Assembly (NCBI GenBank): GCA_902769585.1
Contig: CACXPT010000024.1
Coordinates: forward strand, 12,682-44,681
Reading direction: 5' to 3'
Length of the DNA: 32,000 bases
Source of the DNA: an uncultured bacterium
GTDB taxonomy: Bacteria > Verrucomicrobiota > Kiritimatiellia > RFP12 > UBA1067
Shown: positions 6,070 through 13,675 of the stretch, piece after piece
How the letters are laid out: the number at the start of each line of letters is the position of its first letter
How positions within the stretch are numbered: position 1 is the first letter of the stretch
The notes under the pieces: model-generated
Told to the model about the DNA's origin: nothing
Databases searched by the model: none
Seen by the model: only the letters and a program-made list of their open reading frames with translations
Program-made: the position numbers and the translations under genes

Positions 6070-9000
6070 AGACGGCGAATCAGTTCGCGTAGTCGCTGGA
6101 AGATGGCGTAGAGGCCGGGGGTGAAGCAGATGCCTACGAAGGTGGCGGCGAGCATTCCCGAGAAGGTGGAGATGCCGATCGCCTTCTGCGAGCCCGCGCC
6201 TGCGCCTGAGGCGAGGACGAGCGGCAGGACGCCGCAGAGGAAGCTCCATGCCGTCATCTGCACGGCGCGGAAGCGGAGGTCCGCGCCCTTCATCGCGGCG
6301 TCCGTCACGGATAGGCCCGTATCGCGCTGCTGCTTGGCGAACTCGACCATGAGGATCGCGTTCTTTGCGGAGAGGCCGATCAGCATCACCATGCCGAGCT
6401 GCGCGTAGATGCTCATCGGCGTGCCTGTGACCCATAGCCCCACGTACGCGCCGCCGAGCGCGAAGAGGATGGAGCACATCACGGAGAGCGGTACGGTCCA
6501 GCTTTCGTACTGCGCCACCAGGAAGAGGTAGGCGAAGAGCGCCGCCATGCCCATCAGGAATCCGAGCCGGCCCTCGTTCTCCTTCTCCTGTCTACTCATC
6601 TCGCTCCACTCTATGTGGTATCCCTCTGGCGGCGTAAGCTTCTCGATGGCCTTTATGAGAGTGAGCCCTGCGACTCCAGGTGCGGCCTGCGCATTGAGGC
6701 TTGCGGACGGCATCTTGTCGAAGCGCGTCACCTGCTTGGGGCCGACCTCGTAGGTGATGTTCGCGATGGCCGAGAGCGGTACGGACGCGCCGCTCGCTGT
6801 CGTAACATGGAGGTCCGCGACATCCTCCACCGAAGCGCGGTACGAGCCGGCAGACTGCACGATCACCTCGTACGCGCTACCGCCGAGCGTGAAGTCGTTC
6901 ACGTACACGCTCGCGAGCTTGTTCTGGAGCATGGCGAAGACTGCGCTTGGCGAGACGCCGAGGATCTCGGCCTTCCTGCGGTCGAGGGTAAGGCGTAGCT
7001 GTGGGGTGTCCGCGCGGAAGGTGTTCATCACCATGGCCGCCTCTGGAAGGGCGGAGACCTGACGAGCGAACTTCTCGGCGGTTGCGGCAAGTTCGGCGCT
7101 CGTGGCACCTGCGTCGGAGCAGAGGTTGAAGCCCACGCCGCCCACGCGGCCGAGACCCATGATGGGGGGTGATGTGAAGCAGCGGATGCGCGCGGCGTGG
7201 ACGTCCGCCGTGCGGCGCATGATCTCGGCGATGATCGCCTTGACGGACTTGTCGGGCGTGCGGCGCATGTCCCAGTGGTCCAGCGCCACCATGCCCTGTC
7301 CACAGTTCTCGCCGGAGCCTGACATGGCGCCAGAGCCAGACATGAGCATGATGCCGGCGATTCCGGGGATGTCCTTGATGCGCGCCTGGATGTCCTCCAG
7401 CACCTGGTTGGTGCGCTTGAGTGTTGCGCCCTGGGCGAGTTCGATGTCGATGGTGATGTTGCCCTTGTCCTCGTCCGGCAGCAGCGTCTCCTTCACCATG
7501 TCCTTCGCGAACCACACGCCGGCGCATGCGGCGGCGAAGAGAAGCGCCGTCACGATGCCGCGCCGCACGAGCAGTCCTGCGACCGCGAGGTATACCTTGC
7601 GGGAGCCGTCGATCGCGATGTTGACGGGCGCGAACAGACGGGATGGCTTGCCGGGCTTGCGCAGGAGGAGCGAGCAGAGTACTGGGGAGAGGGTGAGCGC
7701 CACGCATGTGGAGAGCGAGAGGGCCACGCACATCGTGAACGCGAACTGGATGTACATCTTGCCGACCATGCCGCCGTAGAAGACGAGCGGGATGTAGCAG
7801 GCTATGGTCACGAGCGTGGTGGCGATGACGGCGCTGGTGATCTGGCGCATGGACTTCTTTGCGGCCTCCTTCGCGGAAAGCCCTTCCGTAGCCATGAGGG
7901 TCTGGGTGTTCTCCACCACTACGATGGCGTCGTCCACGAGCGAGCCAATCACGAGGATGAGACCGAACATCGTGAGGATGTTGATCGTGTAGCCGAACGC
8001 CCACACGAAGATGAAAGTTGCGAGCAGCGATACCGGGATGGCGGCGGCAGGGACGATGGTGGCGCGCCAGTCCTGCAGGAAGAGCCAGGTGATCAGCACG
8101 ACGAGGCCGAGTGCCATGAAGAGGGTGGAGACGATCGCCTTCATGAAGACGAGCGTGAACGCGGTCGCGTCGTGCACGGTCTCCATCTCCACGCCTGCGG
8201 GGAGGCGCTTGTCCCATTCAGCCAGCTCAGCCTTCACGCGCTTGACCACGGCGAGGGCATTCGCCTCTGGCGTCTTGTACACGGAGAGGACGATCGCCTC
8301 CTTGCCGTTCATGAGCGACTTGCCGGAATAGCTCTTCGAGCCGAGCTCGATGCGCGCCACGTCGCCGAGCAGCACCTGTCCGCCGGTGGCTGGGTCGCTG
8401 CGGACGACAATGTCGGCGAACTCGTCGGCGGATTTCAGCCGGCCTTCGGCGTTGAGCTTGTAGGAGAGGTAGCGGCTCGCGTACTCGCTGCCGACCGTGC
8501 CGGCGGCGGCCTGGACGTTCTGCTTCTCGATGGCGGAGGAGACATCGGTGATAGAGAGGTTGAGCGAGGCCATGCGCACTGGGTCGAGCCAGATGCGCAT
8601 CGCGTACTCGCGCGAGGCCATCACTTCTGCGACGGAGACGCCATCGAGGCGCATGACCGCTTCCTTTATGTTCTTCTCCACGTAGTCGCCGAGCTGCTGG
8701 AGGGACTGCTTGGTGCCGTCCGTGGTGAAGGCCCAGAGGGCGAGCATGTCCGAGTTGCGCTTCTGGACGGAGATGCCCTGTTGCTTGACGGTGGAGGGGA
8801 GCTTGCGCTCGGCGCGCTTCACGGCGTTCTGTAGGTTGACGAGCGCCATGTCGGTGTCGGCGCCGCTCTTGAACGTGACGGAGCAGGAGTAGCTGCCGTT
8901 GTTGTCGCAGGAAGACGAGTAGTAGAGGAGGTTCTCCACGCCGTTGATCTGGTCCTCCACGGGGATGGCGATGGAATCGGCGACGACCTGCGCGCTAGCG

Positions 9001-9155
9001 CCTGGGTAGGAGGCGGAGACGCGGATCGTGGCGGGGGCGAGCTCAGGGTACTCGGCCACGGGAAGGTCGAAGAGGGCGATGCCTCCGCAGAGGGACATGA
9101 GGATGACCAGCACGAACGCGAATCGGGGACGGTCTATGAAGAATTGCGAAATCAT
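6063..9155 (-). CDS. RND efflux transporter permease (AcrB/HAE1-like)
   Basis: This is ORF 6063..9329 with the start moved to ATG 9155, which has GGAGG immediately upstream. The N-terminus MISQFFIDRPRFAFVLVILMSLCGGIALFDLPVAEYPELAPATIRVSASYPGASAQ is typical of the family. The protein is about 1030 aa with 12-TM RND topology blocks throughout. Confidence 0.95.
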   Translation of the reverse strand: MISQFFIDRPRFAFVLVILMSLCGGIALFDLPVAEYPELAPATIRVSASYPGASAQVVADSIAIPVEDQINGVENLLYYSSSCDNNGSYSCSVTFKSGADTDMALVNLQNAVKRAERKLPSTVKQQGISVQKRNSDMLALWAFTTDGTKQSLQQLGDYVEKNIKEAVMRLDGVSVAEVMASREYAMRIWLDPVRMASLNLSITDVSSAIEKQNVQAAAGTVGSEYASRYLSYKLNAEGRLKSADEFADIVVRSDPATGGQVLLGDVARIELGSKSYSGKSLMNGKEAIVLSVYKTPEANALAVVKRVKAELAEWDKRLPAGVEMETVHDATAFTLVFMKAIVSTLFMALGLVVLITWLFLQDWRATIVPAAAIPVSLLATFIFVWAFGYTINILTMFGLILVIGSLVDDAIVVVENTQTLMATEGLSAKEAAKKSMRQITSAVIATTLVTIACYIPLVFYGGMVGKMYIQFAFTMCVALSLSTCVALTLSPVLCSLLLRKPGKPSRLFAPVNIAIDGSRKVYLAVAGLLVRRGIVTALLFAAACAGVWFAKDMVKETLLPDEDKGNITIDIELAQGATLKRTNQVLEDIQARIKDIPGIAGIMLMSGSGAMSGSGENCGQGMVALDHWDMRRTPDKSVKAIIAEIMRRTADVHAARIRCFTSPPIMGLGRVGGVGFNLCSDAGATSAELAATAEKFARQVSALPEAAMVMNTFRADTPQLRLTLDRRKAEILGVSPSAVFAMLQNKLASVYVNDFTLGGSAYEVIVQSAGSYRASVEDVADLHVTTASGASVPLSAIANITYEVGPKQVTRFDKMPSASLNAQAAPGVAGLTLIKAIEKLTPPEGYHIEWSEMSRQEKENEGRLGFLMGMAALFAYLFLVAQYESWTVPLSVMCSILFALGGAYVGLWVTGTPMSIYAQLGMVMLIGLSAKNAILMVEFAKQQRDTGLSVTDAAMKGADLRFRAVQMTAWSFLCGVLPLVLASGAGAGSQKAIGISTFSGMLAATFVGICFTPGLYAIFQRLRELIRRLH

Positions 9156-9161
9156 GCCTCC

Positions 9162-9170
9162 ATTATAGCA
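9162..9170 (-). promoter_or_regulatory. Extended -10 box TGCTATAAT six nt upstream of the RND start codon
   Basis: The minus strand reads TGCTATAAT-GGAGGC-ATG. A sigma70-type transcription start would fall at or next to the ATG at 9155. No good -35 element is present. Confidence 0.35.
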
Positions 9171-9184
9171 TAGTCGCGGCGAGG

Positions 9185-9214
9185 TTGGACGGGGTGAGGG
9201 TATTGTGGTAAAAT
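9185..9214 (+). promoter_or_regulatory. Sigma70-like promoter for the small ORF and adaptor transcript
   Basis: The -35 is TTGGAC at 9185-9190. An 18-nt spacer follows. The extended -10 TGGTAAAAT lies at 9206-9214. An AAAGGA ribosome-binding site and ATG 9235 lie downstream. Confidence 0.45.
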
Positions 9215-9234
9215 GTGCGCAAAGGAAACAAGCC

Positions 9235-9507
9235 ATGATGACGAGAAAAGAAGAGAGCAGCGAGTTCTGGATGCTCACGAAGGGCATCTTGCAGGATACG
9301 CGCGTCGATACAGACGAGGCGTTGGTCATAAAGCGCTGGCTGGAGGAACATCAACGTGCGGGCGAGTTCGCCCATGTGATCGAGACGCTCGGGAAGTTCT
9401 TGACGGACCGCTATATTGATCGTTTCGAGTCTAAGAACTTGTGCGACATGATCGGCGGCGTGCTTACTACGCTTCGCCAGGCCGCGACGTCCGAGCAGGT
9501 CTGCTAA
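9235..9507 (+). CDS. Small hypothetical protein (about 90 aa) encoded directly upstream of the RND adaptor gene
   Basis: It lies within ORF 9205..9507. AAGGA precedes the ATG pair at 9235/9238. The sequence MMTRKEESSEFWMLTKGILQDTRVDTDEALVIKRWLEEHQRAGEFAHVIETLGKFLTDRYIDRF... has balanced, protein-like composition, and local GC is lower. No family was recognised with confidence. Confidence 0.5.
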   Translation: MMTRKEESSEFWMLTKGILQDTRVDTDEALVIKRWLEEHQRAGEFAHVIETLGKFLTDRYIDRFESKNLCDMIGGVLTTLRQAATSEQVC

Positions 9508-9527
9508 TCCGTTTTCTGGGATATGCC

Positions 9528-10598
9528 ATGGAGATGAAACTCGTGCGGTTTCTTGGTGTGCTGGCGGCTGGGGTCGCCTGTGCGTCGCATGCGGCGACGG
9601 TGACGCTGCCGGTGGCGGAGGTGGCGCAGGCCCCCGATCCGCAGACGAAGACCTTTCCCGCAAAGGTGCTGCCTGTGCAGCGCGTGGACGTGACTCCGGA
9701 GGTGAGCGGCGACATCATCGAGGTATGCTTCAAGGACGGTGCGCTCGTGAAGGCGAACGACGTCCTCTACAGGCTTCTCTCGATCAGGTACACGAGCGCT
9801 CTCAAGAACGCTCAGGCGAAGGTTGCCGAGTGCAAGGCGAAGAAGGAGTTCGCCGACGCGGCCTACGAACGCCACACGAAGCTTTCCTCGGGGGCCGTCT
9901 CGCAGAACGTGATGGATAGCGTCAAGAGCGAGCGCGAGATCGCCACGGCCGCGCTCGCCGCCGCCGAGGCGGAGCTGGCGGTGGCCGACTACAACCTGAA
10001 GCGGTGCCAGATACGCACGCCCATCGACGGACGCACCGGCACCACGCGCCTCACGAAAGGCAATCCTGCCTCGCCGTCCACTCCGCTCGTGACGGTGGTG
10101 CAGCTCCAGCCTATCCGCGTGCGATTCTCTCTCTCGAACGCGGACTACCTCACGATGTTCGGCGCGCACGGTCGGACGATCGCCGAGAAGGGGGAAGTGA
10201 CCGTGACGCTTGCGAACGGGACGCCGTACGCCGAGACTGGGACGATCGAGTACACGGAGAACATTACGGACGAGACGACGGACACTATACGCGTGTATGC
10301 CACCTTCCCCAATGCCGACTACATCCTCAAGCCCTACGCGGCGGTTGGCGTGACGCTTCGCCACAAGGACGGCGTGAAGAAGTGCGCCGTGCCGCCGTCC
10401 GCCGTCATGCAGGACTCGGAAGGGGCATGCGTTTGGGTCGTCGGGAAGGACGGCAAGGCCGAAAAGCGCCGTATCGTGCGCGGACGCCTCTCGGGCGACC
10501 TCCAGTTCGTCGAGTCCGGTCTTACGGCCGGCGAGCGCATCGTGACCGACGGCACGCACAAGGTGTCGTCCGGCGATACGGTGACGCCGGCAAAGTGA
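9528..10598 (+). CDS. RND efflux periplasmic adaptor subunit (MFP/HlyD-type)
   Basis: This is ORF 9441..10598 with the start at ATG 9528. The signal peptide is MEMKLVRFLGVLAAGVACASHA. A lipoyl/hairpin-type region follows (VSGDIIEVCFKDGALVKANDVLYRL...coiled coil...IRTPIDGRTG), then beta-barrel segments (LQPIRVRFSLS). Confidence 0.9.
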   Translation: MEMKLVRFLGVLAAGVACASHAATVTLPVAEVAQAPDPQTKTFPAKVLPVQRVDVTPEVSGDIIEVCFKDGALVKANDVLYRLLSIRYTSALKNAQAKVAECKAKKEFADAAYERHTKLSSGAVSQNVMDSVKSEREIATAALAAAEAELAVADYNLKRCQIRTPIDGRTGTTRLTKGNPASPSTPLVTVVQLQPIRVRFSLSNADYLTMFGAHGRTIAEKGEVTVTLANGTPYAETGTIEYTENITDETTDTIRVYATFPNADYILKPYAAVGVTLRHKDGVKKCAVPPSAVMQDSEGACVWVVGKDGKAEKRRIVRGRLSGDLQFVESGLTAGERIVTDGTHKVSSGDTVTPAK

Positions 10599-10669
10599 TG
10601 GCCGGATCAACGGTGCGTCAGCGCACCGGGGCACGGCACACGTGACGGACAAGTAAAAGGAGAAGCAAA

Positions 10670-11767
10670 ATGACGTGCACAAGCAGAAGAGACTTTATTC
10701 TGTCGGCGGCGGCTGCCGCCGCAACGGGAGTCTTGGCCGGCGGCTCTGCGGCGGTCACGCCGGACTGGAATCCGCCGGGACGCTGGCGCGGCGTGAACCT
10801 GCTCGGGATGTTCCGGTGCCACTACACCGGTCTGGCGGACGATCCGCGCGTGGACGGACATTTCGTCGAATGGGAGTTCAAGGCGCTGCGCGAGTGGGGC
10901 TTCAACTTCGCGCGCCTCCCGCTGGACTACCGCGCCCTGACGGCAGGCGATGACTGGTACAACCTCGCGGAAGACAAGATGCGGTTCCTCGACGAGGCCG
11001 TCGGCTGGGGACACCAGTACGGCATCCACGTCCAGCTATGCTTCCACCGCATCCCCGGCTACTGCATCCTGGACCAGTCCGAGGCTTTTCCGCTCGGCAC
11101 GAGCCCTGTCGCGCAGGATGCCGCGTGCAGGATGTGGGCGGCTTTCGCGAAGCGGTGGAAGGACGTGCCGAACGAGGAGCTCTCCTTCAACCTGTTCAAC
11201 GAGCCGACGCGGCACACGTCCGGCAAGAACTACCTCCCGCTCGTGAAGATGCTGATCGCCGCGATCCGCAAGGAGGATCCGAAGCGCTACATCATGGTGG
11301 ACGGCAACTCGTGCGCGTCCACGCCGTTGCCGGAACTCTACTCCTTGCCGGCCGTGGGCCAGGCGTTCCGCGGGTATACGCCGCACGTCATAACGCACTT
11401 CGGGGCGGATTACATCGCGGGCATCCCTCCGAACCCGCCGACGTGGCCGCTCGCGCCGGGTTATGGAACGCCCTTCGGACGCAAGTCGCCGGAAGAGTCC
11501 GTCGCCAAGTACCAGTCCGCCATCGACGCGGGCGAGTACTGCATGGTCGGCGAGTTCGGCTGCCGGAACAAGACGCCGCACGGCGTGACACTGGCATGGA
11601 TGGAGCACTGCCTCAAGCTCTGGAAGTCGAAGAACCTAGGCTGGGCGCTCTGGAACCTGCGCGGGCACAACGGTTTCTTGGATTCGGGCCGCATGGACGT
11701 CGCCTACGAGGACTTCAACGGGCACAAGCTAGACCGCAAGATGCTCGAACTGCTGCAGCGGTATTGA
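10670..11767 (+). CDS. Tat-secreted glycoside hydrolase family 5 (cellulase/mannanase-type)
   Basis: AAAGGAG lies at 10656-10662. The twin-arginine signal is SRRDFILSAAAAAATG. The acid/base motif is FNLFNEP and the nucleophile motif is VGEFGC. Confidence 0.85.
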   Translation: MTCTSRRDFILSAAAAAATGVLAGGSAAVTPDWNPPGRWRGVNLLGMFRCHYTGLADDPRVDGHFVEWEFKALREWGFNFARLPLDYRALTAGDDWYNLAEDKMRFLDEAVGWGHQYGIHVQLCFHRIPGYCILDQSEAFPLGTSPVAQDAACRMWAAFAKRWKDVPNEELSFNLFNEPTRHTSGKNYLPLVKMLIAAIRKEDPKRYIMVDGNSCASTPLPELYSLPAVGQAFRGYTPHVITHFGADYIAGIPPNPPTWPLAPGYGTPFGRKSPEESVAKYQSAIDAGEYCMVGEFGCRNKTPHGVTLAWMEHCLKLWKSKNLGWALWNLRGHNGFLDSGRMDVAYEDFNGHKLDRKMLELLQRY

Positions 11768-11832
11768 TCCGGCGCGGAATACGGAACCGCAAGACGAAGT
11801 CACGTAGTTCCTGCGTACGTCCGGCGGGATTT

Positions 11833-11841
11833 TGCTATACT
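11833..11841 (+). promoter_or_regulatory. Extended -10 box TGCTATACT seven nt upstream of the ATPase start codon
   Basis: The sequence TGCTATACT-ATGCGCC-ATG(11849) places a sigma70 transcription start at about the start codon. No Shine-Dalgarno sequence is present. Confidence 0.35.
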
Positions 11842-11848
11842 ATGCGCC

Positions 11849-13657
11849 ATGGAGAACATCAGGCCCATACTGTACGGCGTGGCGGACTATGCCGAGCTGC
11901 GCAAGGCGAACGCCTGGTTCGTGGACCGCACCGCGAAGATCCGCGACCTGGAAGCGACGCGCTACGCGATGTTTTTGCGTCCGCGCAGGTTCGGGAAGTC
12001 GCTCTGGACGTCCATTCTCGAGGCGTACTACGACGTGCGCTACGCCGACCGTTTCGACGAGTTTTTCTCTGGGACGGACATCGGGGCTAATCCGACGGAC
12101 GAGCACGGCAAGTATCTTGTGCTGAGATTCGACTTCGCGTCGATCACAAAGGACGAGGAAAAGGTTCAGGGAGACTTCGACTACAAGGCGTCGCTGCAGT
12201 GCGACACATTTGCGAGAAACTACAGAGAGATTCTCTCGGACGAGCTCGCAGACCGCATCCTGAACGCGCCGGACATCGGAAAGAAGCTTGCGCAGATATA
12301 CCTTGGCCTCAAGGGGACGGACAAAAAGCTCTACGTCATCATCGACGAATACGACAACTTCACGAACACCATACTCGCCGAGCATGGACAGGCCGTGTAT
12401 GACAGTCTCTGCCACGGCGATGGATTCTTCAAGGACTTCTTCACGTCGCTCAAGTCTGCGACTTCCGGTACCGAAGCGCCCGTGACGCGTCTATTCATAA
12501 CCGGCGTGTCGCCCGTGACGATGGACGACGTGACGAGCGGCTTCAACATCGGGACGAACATCTCGCTCGACCCGCAGTTCGCCGACCTGACCGGATTCCG
12601 CCACGATGACCTCCGCGCCATCGCCGACTACTACGCCCCGTGCTGCGGCTTCGACGCCGACAAGGCGTACAACGCAGCGCTCGCATGGTACGACAACTAC
12701 CGCTTCGGCAGCGTGGACGCGCCGGCGCTCGCCAACACGACGCTCGTCCTCTCGCTTTTCAGCCATCTGTGGCGCACGAAGCAGTTCCCCGACGACTTCA
12801 TCGACGAGAACCTGCGTACCGACTACGCGAAGATACGCCATCTCATCACGGCGGACAGGCGGCTCAACGGCAACTTCCATGTCCTTGAGAATCTGCTGGC
12901 GGGAGGTTCGCTGTCGGAGCGGCTCGTGAAGTCGTTTCAGGCACGGGAGCTTTCGCAGAAGGAGAACTTCACGTCGCTCCTCTATTGGCTCGGCATCACC
13001 ACGATCACTGGCGGCAAGTTCGGGAAGATGGAGTTCGGCGTCCCGAACGAGACGCTGAAGGAGCTCGCGGCGAAGATCATACCCGCAGCCTACGCCGATG
13101 TCCACAAGATCGACGAGAGGGTGTATGGCATCAATGACGGGCTCTGCGAGTTCGCCGACAATGGAAATTGGCGCGGATTTGTCGGGACGCTTGCAGAGAT
13201 CGCGAAGGAGAACTTCGCGGTGCGCGACGCGGTCGAGGGCGAGAAGGTGGTGCAGTCGACGCTCGTCGCGCTGCTCTGCGCCGCCGGCGGGCCGTATTTC
13301 GTCCGGCACGAGCGCGAGGCGGGCGGAGGGTTCTACGACATCGCCCTCGTGCCGCAGCTCTCCCGCTGGCCGGACATCGCGCACGCCGCGCTCATCGAGA
13401 TGAAGTACGTGAAGGCGGGCGATCCTGCGCCGACGGCGGAAGAGCTCGCGAAGATCAAGGCCGAGGCCATTGAGCAGCTTGATCGGTACTCTTCCGACCC
13501 GGCCCTTGTATCTGCTTGGCACCTTGCCCCTCAACCTTCAAACTCTCAACCTTCAAACTCTCAAACTCTCAAACTTTCAAACTTGCAAACAGTTGCCCTC
13601 CACCGTCTCGTCCTCGTGTTCCACGGAGGCGATGCGCTGCTGGCGGAAGAGGTGTAG
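11849..13657 (+). CDS. Predicted AAA-ATPase (PF09820-like) fused to a C-terminal PD-(D/E)XK nuclease-like domain (PDDEXK_9-like)
   Basis: The N-terminus is typical of the family: YGVADYAELRKANAWFVDRTAKIRDLE...FLRPRRFGKSLWTSILEAYYD. The C-terminus carries GGGFYDIALVP...AALIEMKYVKAG and VLVFHGGD. A low-complexity stretch, PQPSNSQPSNSQTLKLSNLQ, is encoded by a tandem repeat near the 3' end. Confidence 0.8.
   Translation: MENIRPILYGVADYAELRKANAWFVDRTAKIRDLEATRYAMFLRPRRFGKSLWTSILEAYYDVRYADRFDEFFSGTDIGANPTDEHGKYLVLRFDFASITKDEEKVQGDFDYKASLQCDTFARNYREILSDELADRILNAPDIGKKLAQIYLGLKGTDKKLYVIIDEYDNFTNTILAEHGQAVYDSLCHGDGFFKDFFTSLKSATSGTEAPVTRLFITGVSPVTMDDVTSGFNIGTNISLDPQFADLTGFRHDDLRAIADYYAPCCGFDADKAYNAALAWYDNYRFGSVDAPALANTTLVLSLFSHLWRTKQFPDDFIDENLRTDYAKIRHLITADRRLNGNFHVLENLLAGGSLSERLVKSFQARELSQKENFTSLLYWLGITTITGGKFGKMEFGVPNETLKELAAKIIPAAYADVHKIDERVYGINDGLCEFADNGNWRGFVGTLAEIAKENFAVRDAVEGEKVVQSTLVALLCAAGGPYFVRHEREAGGGFYDIALVPQLSRWPDIAHAALIEMKYVKAGDPAPTAEELAKIKAEAIEQLDRYSSDPALVSAWHLAPQPSNSQPSNSQTLKLSNLQTVALHRLVLVFHGGDALLAEEV
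13530..13590. repeat. Tandem repeat (15-mer x2, then 8-mer x3-4) within the ATPase/nuclease CDS
   Basis: CTCAACCTTCAAACT occurs at 13530-13544 and 13545-13559. CTCAAACT occurs at 13560-13567 and 13568-13575. TTCAAACT lies at 13576-13583 and TGCAAAC at 13584-13590. The tract is AT-richer than its surroundings. Confidence 0.9.
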
Positions 13658-13675
13658 GCAAAAGAAGGGGAATGA

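Noticed and set aside
4936-6477. 513-aa minus-strand ORF across the RAYT/REP/flavoprotein region
   Set aside because: The translation is Arg-rich nonsense. It is antisense to motif-bearing sequence, and the repeats merely keep it open.
6877-8217. 446-aa alternative-frame ORF inside the RND permease gene (same strand)
   Set aside because: It is Arg/His/Gly/Pro-rich with no membrane-protein character. The overlapping frame encodes canonical RND sequence.
9235-9507. Assigning the small ORF to a TerB/DjlA-N-like family on the basis of the DTDEALVIKRWLEE stretch
   Set aside because: The resemblance rests on a few residues recognised by eye. It is not sufficient without a profile search, so the product is left as hypothetical.
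11768-11790. TCCGGCGCGG after the GH5 stop, considered as a degenerate copy of the REP core
   Set aside because: Only the first 10 nt match. There is no complementary half, and a match of this kind is expected by chance in GC-rich DNA.
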